Source: Felis catus
Taxonomy: Eukaryota
Assembly: GCF_018350175.1 (NCBI RefSeq)
Contig: NC_058368.1
Location: forward strand, 33,916,001 to 33,980,000
Length of the DNA: 64,000 bases
Reading direction: 5' to 3'
Positions 53,284 through 64,000 of the stretch are shown in pieces; the stretch's first letter is position 1; each line of letters opens with the position of its first letter. A program made the position numbers and the translations under genes. The notes under the pieces were generated by a model, which ran no database searches, was not told the origin of the DNA, and was given only the letters and a program-made list of their open reading frames with translations.

Positions 53284-55678
53284 GCGAAGCAAGTCGGGTA
53301 GCTACCGGGTGTTGGAGAACTCAGCGCCGCACCTGCTGGACGTGGACGCTGACAGCGGGCTCCTCTACACCAAGCAGCGCATCGACCGTGAGTCCCTGTG
53401 CCGCCACAATGCCAAGTGCCAGCTGTCCCTCGAGGTGTTCGCCAACGACAAGGAGATCTGCATGATCAAGGTGGAGATCCAGGACATCAACGACAATGCC
53501 CCCTCCTTCCCCTCGGACCAGATCGAGATGGACATCTCGGAGAACGCTGCCCCCGGCACCCGCTTCCCTCTCACCAGTGCACATGACCCCGACGCCGGCG
53601 AGAACGGGCTCCGCACCTATCTGCTCACGCGCGACGACCACGGGCTCTTCGCGCTGGACGTCAAGTCCCGCGGCGACGGTACCAAGTTCCCTGAGCTGGT
53701 TATCCAGAAGGCGCTGGACCGCGAGCAGCAGAACCACCACACGCTTGTGCTGACCGCCCTGGACGGCGGCGAGCCGCCGAGATCCGCCACCGTGCAAATC
53801 AACGTGAAGGTGATCGACTCTAACGACAACAGCCCGGTCTTCGAGGCGCCTTCCTACCTGGTGGAGCTGCCAGAGAATGCCCCGCTGGGCACCGTGGTCA
53901 TTGATCTGAACGCCACCGACGCCGACGAGGGTCCCAATGGCGAAGTGCTCTACTCCTTCAGCAGCTATGTGCCTGACCGCGTGAGAGAGCTTTTCTCCAT
54001 CGATCCTAAGACCGGCCTGATCCGTGTCAAGGGCAACCTGGACTATGAGGAGAATGGGATGCTGGAGATCGACGTGCAGGCCCGAGACTTGGGGCCCAAC
54101 CCCATCCCAGCCCACTGCAAGGTCACAGTCAAGCTCATCGACCGCAACGACAACGCGCCGTCCATCGGTTTCGTCTCCGTGCGCCAGGGGGCGCTGAGCG
54201 AGGCCGCCCCGCCCGGCACCGTCATCGCCCTAGTGCGGGTCACTGACCGGGACTCGGGCAAGAACGGGCAGCTGCAGTGCAGGGTACTGGGCGGAGGCGG
54301 GACGGGCGGCGGCGGCGGCCTGGGCGGGCCCGGAGGTTCGGTGCCCTTCAAGCTTGAGGAGAACTACGACAACTTCTACACGGTGGTGACCGACCGCCCG
54401 CTGGACCGCGAGACACAGGACGAGTACAACGTGACAATCGTGGCGCGGGACGGGGGCTCGCCTCCACTCAACTCCACCAAGTCGTTTGCTGTCAAGATTC
54501 TGGACGAGAACGACAACCCTCCTCGTTTCACCAAGGGACTGTATGTGCTGCAGGTGCACGAAAACAACATCCCAGGAGAGTACCTGGGCTCAGTGCTCGC
54601 GCAGGACCCCGACCTGGGCCAAAACGGCACAGTGTCCTACTCCATCCTGCCCTCGCACATCGGCGACGTGTCCATCTACACCTATGTGTCTGTGAACCCC
54701 ACCAACGGGGCCATCTACGCCCTGCGCTCTTTTAACTACGAGCAGACCAAGGCTTTTGAGTTCAAGGTGCTCGCGAAGGACTCGGGGGCGCCCGCGCACT
54801 TGGAGAGCAACGCAACGGTGAGGGTGACCGTGCTAGACGTGAACGACAACGCGCCGGTGATCGTGCTGCCCACGCTGCAGAACGACACCGCTGAGCTGCA
54901 GGTGCCGCGCAACGCTGGCCTGGGCTACCTGGTGAGCACCGTGCGCGCCCTTGACAGCGACTTCGGCGAGAGTGGGCGCCTCACCTACGAGATCGTAGAT
55001 GGTAACGACGACCACCTGTTTGAAATCGATCCCTCCAGCGGCGAGATCCGCACGCTGCACCCCTTCTGGGAGGACGTGACGCCAGTGGTGGAGCTGGTAG
55101 TGAAGGTGACGGACCACGGGAAGCCCACCCTGTCCGCGGTGGCCAAGCTTATCATCCGCTCGGTGAGCGGCTCCTTGCCCGAAGGGGTTCCTCGGGTCAA
55201 CGGCGAGCAGCACCACTGGGACATGTCGCTGCCGCTCATCGTGACTCTGAGCACTATCTCCATCATTCTCCTAGCGGCCATGATCACCATTGCCGTCAAG
55301 TGCAAGCGCGAGAACAAGGAGATTCGCACTTACAACTGCCGTATCGCCGAGTACAGCCACCCGCAGCTGGGCGGGGGCAAGGGCAAGAAGAAAAAGATCA
55401 ACAAAAATGATATCATGCTGGTGCAGAGCGAGGTGGAAGAGAGGAACGCCATGAACGTCATGAACGTGGTGAGCAGCCCCTCCCTGGCCACCTCCCCTAT
55501 GTACTTCGACTACCAGACCCGCCTGCCCCTCAGCTCGCCCCGGTCGGAGGTGATGTATCTCAAACCGGCCTCCAACAACCTGACTGTTCCTCAGGGGCAC
55601 GCGGGCTGCCACACCAGCTTCACGGGACAAGGAACTAATGCAAGCGAGACCCCTGCCACTCGGATGTCCATAATTCAG
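53081..55678 (+). CDS. PCDH17: Protocadherin-17 (delta-2 protocadherin), first large coding exon (866 codons); CDS continues in exons beyond the window
   Basis: The ORF begins MYLSICCCFLLWAPALTLKNLNYSVPEEQGAGTVIGNI (signal peptide then EC1). It has six cadherin repeats with Ca-binding motifs (DRE; DINDNAP, DSNDNSP, DRNDNAP, DENDNPP, DVNDNAP), a Gly-rich insert GGGGTGGGGGLGGPGGS in EC4, a TM helix LPLIVTLSTISIILLAAMITIAV and a juxtamembrane tail. It ends at a canonical phase-0 donor ATTCAG|GTAAGA (GT at 55679-55680). I recognise the N-terminus as PCDH17. Confidence 0.97.
53240..53284 (+). repeat. Coding trinucleotide repeat GGT(GGC)13GGG = 15 Gly in EC1 of PCDH17
   Basis: Read directly; in frame with the ATG at 53081. 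Confidence 0.97.
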
Positions 55679-58600
55679 GTAAGAGGCTGTTAGCATAACT
55701 CGGACTTGACTTTATTGCTGGTTTTGGAGCTGTCCTGAAACCTTTGGAACAGGACAAGCCGCACTGCCAGCAGCAGTGAGGGGGAAATTTTTAAATGAAG
55801 ATGCTTCCCGCTTTTGCCACTCCGTGCACGACATACCCTATACATAACCCCTCCCATGTTCGTAGTTTAAAATCTCAAAGATGTGAATGTCTTACTTCGG
55901 TTGTATTTTAAAGATTATTTTTATAGGTTTAAAACTGTTAGCAGTGTTCAGGATTTAGAGTTTATTTTTTATTCGCCGCTCTACATTTCTCTCAGTAACA
56001 AAGGATTCCTAGAGTAAAAAAACCTGTTTTAGTTAAATTTGCTTTTGAATTCTATTTAAAAATCGGACACCAACAATGAGAGAAATGTACGCTCCAGTAT
56101 TCAGAAGTTAACTTCTTCTTCAAGTACAAAATAGCAACTGCTCAGAATTCCAGAGCCTGAATCTGAGCTAAGTTTTCACTCCTCCCCCCTCCCCCAAAAG
56201 TCAGTTTTACATATTAAATAGTGTCTTAAAGAACGTGAGTCATACTTTTTTCTTCAGCGGAAACTGCAGCATAACGCCTTAGTGTGCTTTAAACTTTTAA
56301 TATGCCAATTTTGCTCTGAGGCTCTTTCAGAAATTTGAGTTGAGGTAGGCTCTGGATCATGACCAGTAACTGTCGATGAAAAGTTTATAATTATTTTGTC
56401 CTGGAGTTTTCGCGATCTATTTCATTGAGAAAGCAACAGAGTATACCCAAGAGTCACAGAGTCATTTTACACGGTTGAAAACAGGAGGCAAAGTTGGCAT
56501 TAAAGGCACTTGATGCACCAAAAATGCATGTAGTCTGCATACTGTGTATTTTCAGTATTTTTAAGTGATCTTTAATATATTTTAGATTGTATAATCCAAA
56601 GTTACTGATGTATTTTTTAAAAACCCTAAATGACGGACCCATCATAGATTCTAACAATAGCAGGTAACTGTACTTTGCCCAACTTCTTTTATCAACTATT
56701 AAGTTGTGTCACAGGAAAAACTTAATTCTTGCTTATTATAAACGCATGTTGCCGCAAATTACTCTGGATGGGCACTACTTGAAATTCAAAATTGAGTTTA
56801 ACTAAAAGTGACACTTTGGGAGGAAGATTAGTTTGGGGCAAATGAAGTTAATTTGTTCATAATTTTATGCTTTGAAAAGCAAATACCCTTTAATGACACT
56901 TGACTCAGTAATGTTTTTATTACTAAAGTGAATAGTAAAATATCACAACCTTATCTTTTCTAACATGATAAGTGTGACAAATGCTAAAAGTTGGCAAAAC
57001 ATATTTTCTTATGATAGTTAATGTCCTTGTAAAGCAGACTCTTGTAATCGATGCTACTGAATACTAAAGTATTGATTGTAGTATTAAATCCCACTTTTTA
57101 CAGTGTCTACTATATTACCATTTATTATGATTTTTTGATGTCTATATAAGACTGAACGAAAAATATCCCCCTTGAAAAATATTGTGGTTTCTATGAAAGT
57201 CTCCCGTGATTGTGTAAAACTTATTTATGATAATCTCCTTAGGGAGGTATGTTAAAATACATATTCATACATCCTCTGCAATCATTTTATGTATACACAC
57301 GTTATATACCTTTCTTATATGCTTATCATTGACAATTATAAAGTTATCACAGAGGGCTAATGCTTAATCTTCCATTCCAAGTGCTGGTAGTTGAATTCTT
57401 ATTTAGGTTCCAGTAACAATGAAGTTGGTACAGTAGAATTATCAGCAAGCCTGATTCCTTGGTCAGATTAGTGAGAAACGAATTTGGATGGAAGTATCCA
57501 GAAGGTTTTGAAGAACAGGGGTGCCTATACTGTATTTACACCATGCTGTTCTTTAAGATGTTCATTGCTTGAGGAATGGATGATGGTGATGATTCCTCCT
57601 AGCAGTAAAACTTAAGCCAAAGAAAATCTCGTACATGCAGGGAAAGAGACAGATAATTTAAAAGTAAAACAAAGGGCACACTTCTTGCCATTCCCTTTTT
57701 CTAGAATTTTAATCCATGCCATGAAAACACAGAAAAAGTTTCAGTTTTAAGTTCTTGACATTTTTTTCTAAGGTGACTCGATTTCCCATATTGTTTCCGC
57801 CCTAGAAATATCCTTGCTATAAACTGTTAAAACAGGCAGTCTCTCTCTTTTTTTCTGCTGAGTTTTTGCAGTCTTATAAAGAACGCTTTGTAAGTTCCTA
57901 ATATGTTAACTTCCTCCTAAATATATCAGGCTTTCCTCAATGCCTATTACAGAGAACAGAGTAAATTAACTATAGTGACCCTCCTTTTTTTTCTTTCTTT
58001 TTAAACTAGTGCACTGCAAACACTTTGTGCTGAAGTGACATGCTTAAATTGAAGTGTTCAGGTATCCATAATCTTGTTTCAGAGTGTATTTATTAGTGTG
58101 TGCATTTAACACAGCCTGCTAAGGAAGCACACTGCTAATCTCACGTGTATTTCTGAAGGTAGTATTTTAATCCACAGAGTGCACTTGGACGAACAGCTGC
58201 TAGGTCTCGTTTACCTTTACTTCCCAGCAATTTCGTGCTGTTTAGAAGGCACGCCGGTATTTTCATTGATGGAATGACAGTATTTTGTAATTGTTTTGCA
58301 ATACACTGGTAAAGATGGGCGTTACAAAATTTAAAAATTTCAAGATGTAAAAGACTCATATTACAGCTTAAATTAAGATTCATTTAAGTATCGAATGATA
58401 TTGTGTGAGTCTCAGGGTCTAAAATTTTAAGGATGAGATCTGTAGGTTCTTGAGCATGAGAGCATTTTTATTAAAAATGAATGCAAAACAATCCTGTAAG
58501 CTGGTTACACATGTAACCATATGTAGAAACAGTGGTTTGTGAAAAGGGGTTTTATTTCAGGTTTTCTCCAAGTTTTTCAGGTGAAGCAAAGTCAGCCTAT

Positions 58601-61600
58601 GAAGTTTTAAATAACAGACTAGAGATTAAAATAGCCTCAATAATGTGAATCATAATACAACATTCTTGTAATGAAATATTTTACTCATTTTAAAGCTATA
58701 ACACAGATTTCGAAAACTAGCACAGATTTTGTGGGAGGTAAGGCAAATAGATTGTTATACAAATTTATAAATGTGCTTTTCATAGGAGTAATTTCCATGT
58801 GAATTATTTCATATGTTAATATGAGAATCTAAAATCAAGTAGAGATCATTGCTAATTGTCACGAGTAACTACATATCGAGGCTTATCAAGAATTATTTGT
58901 TCAGTCTCAGGGTAACTTCTCAACAGGTGTTTTCAAAGAAGGCCTGGCTGAGAAGAGACTGGGGATTTCTTCACTATTGGGAGAATTTCCAGTTTTGTTT
59001 GAACATCTGTGTTTTCAGATTTTTCTATGGCACTACTGAAAGCATTTCAATATGATCTCAAAGAAAATATATTGAGCCAGCAGAATAAGATCTACTAAAA
59101 TGCATTTTAAAAAATAATACATTCTACAGTCTCACGTGGTGTTTTACAGTTCAATTTCAAAAGATTCACATTAGGATTGACCTTAGGCTCTTTGTGCTAG
59201 AAAGAGAAAATCCTTTTGATATATATGCATGGCCTTTTCAATAAAAAGGAATTAAACACATGGTGAATATAGTCAATCCAAATATACAAAAATGAGATTG
59301 CAGCATCCAGGACTAAAGTAGCAAAGCATAGACAATAAAATCAGTATTTTAGAATGAAAAGGTGAAAGAAAAAGTATATCTTTACTAGCAACATTATCCG
59401 TTGTCTGCCTTTAGTCCCACTTCTCTAATACAAGAGATTCTTGACTATAGGAACTCCAATGAGCTCCCAAGACCACGATCCTAAAATTTCATATTCTAGT
59501 ATGTCAGTGATTTCAATAACAAACATGAAAAGTGTGAGCAATTTCTTTCTTCATTTAAAATTCTGAGGGTATTTGTCCACAGTGTTGTTCTAAGAGGACA
59601 CAGTTTGATTAGTTGCATGCATTCATTTCCATAAACATGATATACATCTCTATTTATAAGGATAATGGTGGGCTGGATAGGAAGGGGATGTCTCTGTCCT
59701 ACTGCATGTCTCCAAGAGTATCTTGTCCACTTGTCTTTCTTTTTGTAATTTATAGATGATAGCTTTAAATTTCTACTTTAAATTAACATGAGTACACAAT
59801 CATAAAACATTTTTTCTATGCTACCATCTATTAAAATAGTATAAAGTACAAAAATACTTGATTAAGAAAATCAGCCATCAAGGTGATTTGAGTTTCTTTG
59901 CAGAAGAGTTTAGAATTCAAATTATTTTTATCATTTTTAATATATTGTTAGTTTTCATGTAAGTTTTGTGTGCACCCATGAAAATCTCAGCTCCATTGTA
60001 AATTTGAGTACATTTCTTTATTTTATAATAAATGAAAACACAAAAGTTTTTTAACTATATGAGCTAGGAACCTGATAATCTTAGTTTTACTATTGGTTGA
60101 TATAACTACTCATGGGTAATAACTTCTTCATCCATTAGTTTTTAGTTTTCAATACAATTTCAAAAATTCCAGCCAGGTAAAATACTTCATCATTTTTACA
60201 CTGAGATGATTATTCATCAGTCTTTTTAAAATGTAGGAGTAAGATAATTGAGTGTATGAGTGAGTTTATAATTTTACTTAAGTTCTGTGAGTGAGTTTTA
60301 TAATTTCAATAAATATTATCATATTCAAGCCTACATGGAAGATTTTGGAATTTTATTCTTGGCATCTTAATATTATTTTAGGGTGTGTGTGATCATGCAA
60401 GTTATCAGAGCATAAAAGAGTAAAAGAGTATGTCCTAAAATTCCAATCTCAATTGCTTGATCATATTTTTTAGTCACACACAAAAAAATTTCCAGTTTTT
60501 AAAACATTGTCACCTATGACTACACTGTTCAAGCCACATAAAAATTAAAATAAATAAATGCAAAGGTAATTTCTAGAAACTTTTCTTAATAAAGTTGAAG
60601 TTATACATTATTCGCTTTTTACAGTGAATATAGATGTATATATGTGGTTAAAATAAATTGGTTACCCTTTAAATAATCTCAAATATCTCTCCTAAGGGAC
60701 TTAAGAAATATACATATTTTAAAATAAAAAAAAAAACTTTGAAAATCTCCAGATAATTATTTAATACTATTTACAAATATAATATTTATATTTTCTTATG
60801 TTTCACTACTGTCAGGTTTCAAGTTTTTTACTTATTAAGCAGCACTTAGTTAGTGCTGCTTATGTAATACAATGCAATAGAAATATATCTATAAAAATAA
60901 AAGGTATAAATTAAGAAACTATTTTATGTTAAGATTAATAAAGGTTTACATGTACTTATTACAGTGAAGGTTGGCTCTGGCTATATTTATGGAAATGTGA
61001 ACAATAAAACTTCTTGGCAAAATTTATGTGTATCCATGTATATATGTCTTTATATTTCCCAGATAATATATATAAATACTCAAGCACAAATATTAGCCCA
61101 TTTTATATATTTTTTTAATTCAAAGGCAGCTCTCCTCTTTTTAAGGATGAGCACAAACCTTTATTTTTTCTTTGAAAATATATGTAAACTTGATTGTACC
61201 GTTTTCAAACTTCAAACATTTTGAAGTTCATTAGAGCCAGGCATTCTAGAACAGAGGAGAAGTTGAGGAACTACTGGTCTTCCATGGACAATAGGTTGGA
61301 GTTTATGTAGATTAAGAGAAAAAAAATTCATCTAGGTTCTGAATCTTCCAGGAGGATAGTGGGATGGCTGGAGGCATTGTGAGAATATACACCTTGAGCT
61401 CTGATAATGAAACAACCACAGGAGGAAGATGAAGCCACTTAAATGGGTTCATGCCAGTTAGGAAGTAAAACTTAACTCCCTTATGTTGAGGTGTCTTGCA
61501 ATACACTCAATAATGGGTAAATTCTTACAAATGCACCTGCTAATTATGATATTAGTCATTGCTCCAGAATGTATTCCCCTCAGTGATACTTCTGTTTAAT

Positions 61601-64000
61601 AAATCCCACAGGGCATTATCTTAAAGTCATATTTTAGCAAAGTCATTAGGGAAGGTTTTAGTTATTTATTTTTTTGTACCGAATTCCTTTAACCAATGAC
61701 TGCATACTTGTTAGAGAATGGCGTGAAGTTCATTTTACCCATCAATTTGAAGACACTGTGACTTCTGCCACCCACCTACAAAACACTTTCAAAGTTCATC
61801 AGACCTACACTAATCTATTGTCAACCTATTTTAGTAAAGGAGACGTTGACAAGAATTTCCTTCAGTGGCACACGGTATTTTACAGTTAGTCATAGCTTTC
61901 ACCACTAGCTTTGACAGTGATATATTGCTATCCTTTGGTCTCCTGAAATAAATTATCTATAATAAAGAAGTCCTTAATGACATCAACTTTCCCTGATGTG
62001 ACTAAGCAGAAGTTTGCTTGTGCTTCCTTGCTACTGCAGAAGTACAAGTTCAATATTTTTAAGGTAAAGGAAAAAAAAGGACCAAAATACAGATGCAAAA
62101 CTGTGACTGTGTGGGTGGCCTCTTTCACTTGTATGCACAAAGTTCTTCCAGTGATAGACTGTAAAATTGGTTTCAGATAGTGTTTGAGAGAATCTATTGA
62201 TATACATGTGACACACTTCTATCTGTTCTGGTCCTACTGACATTCTGATTACTAGTATTTGTCGGCCTTCCCCTGGATCTATTCCAGGCAGTTTTATTGT
62301 AGTGAAATGGCTCTTACAGTTCATTGAACATCTAGCATAACTGTGCTGAATATGATTGGCGCGTTTGCATATATTTATTCAAAAAATAAGGCAGTTAAAC
62401 AGCATAATTATGGGAAAATGAATCATAACAATAAAAGACCATTTAAGTTAACAAGCTTTGTGATCAAAGGATAAATACAGGTTGGATAAATGAGACTTTA
62501 GATGTAACTAATCTACATAAATAGACTTTGGTTTGATTAGAGGAATAGAATATATTAAAATAATTTAATGGTATTAAAATGCATTTTTAAGCCATTTTGA
62601 AATATTTAAACACTTGTGTTCTTTTCTTTATGTTTCTGTTCAATAATATAGTCAAGAACCATAGTTATGTTAGATGCAAAATGAGCAAGATGCAGATAAA
62701 AGTAATCATGTAAGCCTGTATGAACAATATTTAATATTTTTTAAACATGTAATGTTTCTGATTGATTTTTAATTAGTGGAACACATTAAAGGGACTATAT
62801 AAAGGACAATTTCTTATTTACTCTCTTTATCAGCTAAAAGCAGCCTTTGTAGAATTTAATAGTGAGAGCATTAAAACTCTATTTAAAGTTTTCAAAGCTA
62901 TGCCTTCGTGTTTTGTAAATATATACTGTTTTTAAGAGACATTGGTTACATGTTTGTAAATTATATTAATACATACTGTAGATAATGAGTTTATAGTCAG
63001 AAAAGCTCATATATATATATATTAAATAACAGATTAAACTTACAATGTGACTTTTTAAAAAGTTTTTATTTATTTATTTTGAAAGAGAGAGAGAGAGAAC
63101 GAGTGGGGGAGGGGTAGAAAGAGAGGGAGAGAGAGAGAATCTCAAGCAGGCCCTGTGCTGTCAGCATGGAGCCCAATGCAGGGTTCAGTATCATGAACCC
63201 AACCATAAGATCATGACCTGAGCCAAAGTCAAGAGTCAGATGCTTAACCAACTGAGCCACCCAAGTATCCTTAAATAAGTTCTTTCTAACAAGTATGGTT
63301 CTTTAGATATATTTTCTTCAGAAAGATATATTCTTTCTTCTTGGCGATGACTTTTAAAAAATGTGATTTACACATAAGTCATCAATTGGTATACCTCTTT
63401 CCAGTATTTCTTCCTGAATCTTTAATAATCATTGCTGAGCAATGATTAGATTACAGTTATACCTAGACTTTCCATGCCCTCACATTCAATAAAACCCAAG
63501 TTGAAATGTACACATATTTCCTAAATGCCAATGGCTTACTTTTATGAAGCAGAAATGCAACAGGTATTTTATTGTAGGCAGAAATGGTCACAGTGGTTTA
63601 AATGTCTTTCTTATTTCTATAGCCCAATTTTACACTATCAATGTCTTAGATAAATTCTTAAATATTTATTTGCAGTATGAACACTTGCATCAGTTTTGAA
63701 ATGATAGTTTTTGCCCTCAAGATATGTTAGTTTTCAATTCACCGACCCCAGTATAAATGCCTTGCTTAAAGCTGTTTATTTTATTTTTCACACAGCATAT
63801 TTTATCAGAGTATACTGAGATTGTTTTGTGATTGAACATTCAATAGATTTTTTTGCTATTTCACCAGAGCAATTCCATATGCAAAACTGATACTTATACA
63901 AGAAATTCACCTATGATTACCATGCGAAGCATTATGTTACCAGAGTGTAAACTGGCCAGCATGTGCTTTTTGCCAATATCTCCGTTTCAGTAGATGAAAT
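55679..64000 (+). other. PCDH17: PCDH17 intron following the large exon (partial)
   Basis: Starts at GTAAGA with an abrupt fall to AT-rich, CpG-poor sequence. No further cadherin or PCDH17 cytoplasmic coding sequence was recognised in the window. Confidence 0.88.
63051..63271 (-). mobile_element. CAN-SINE in the PCDH17 intron (antisense to the gene)
   Basis: tttatttatttattttgaaagagag ... agatcatgacctgagccaaagtcaagagtcagatgcttaaccaactgagccaccc. Confidence 0.94.

Larger units (their letters stand above)
50270..55680. promoter_or_regulatory. CpG island covering the PCDH17 promoter, 5' leader and first coding exon
   Basis: Dense CpG and high GC (e.g. ccggcggcga, ggaccgccgcggccgcagcgcc, gtgtcgcgcgcgcacg), in contrast to CpG-depleted flanks. 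Confidence 0.9.

Noticed and set aside
55679..55693. ORF-track C-terminus VRGC* as the true protein end
   Set aside because: It lies past a canonical splice donor; the main protein continues in downstream exons.
53321..55696. Antisense and alternate-frame ORFs (264, 141, 127, 114 aa and others) overlapping PCDH17
   Set aside because: Shadow ORFs expected from the strong GC bias at third codon positions of the real CDS.
4376..63260. Recurrent short ORFs such as MAQSVK.../AQVMIS.../SLSLSL
   Set aside because: Translations of CAN-SINE copies and microsatellites, not a gene family.

Overview
Mammalian genomic DNA, almost certainly from a felid: about 22 tRNA-derived CAN-SINEs are present, and the youngest are of the cat SINEC_Fc type. 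The first ~49 kb is AT-rich intergenic sequence full of decayed repeats (CAN-SINEs, MIR, L1/L2 fragments, MaLR and ERV1 solo LTRs, Tigger and hAT DNA transposons, one MamSINE1-like element). Then come a microsatellite-rich CpG-island promoter (~49.2-53.0 kb), the large first coding exon of protocadherin-17 (PCDH17, + strand, 53081-55678) and the first ~8 kb of the following intron. I found no novel multi-gene system, CRISPR array or bacterial-type feature; all short ORFs other than PCDH17 look like repeat or chance artefacts. The most unusual observation is a pure (GGC)13 tract giving a 15-glycine run inside the first extracellular cadherin domain, where I recall human PCDH17 having about 4 Gly. 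Other points of interest are a strong CTCF motif upstream, a uORF cluster and candidate intron in the 5' leader, an inverted (CA)n/(TG)n pair, a ~19 kb SINE-free zone around the promoter, nested transposon insertions and several short local duplications. Repeat family names come from recalled consensus sequences, and repeat boundaries are approximate unless a TSD is given.
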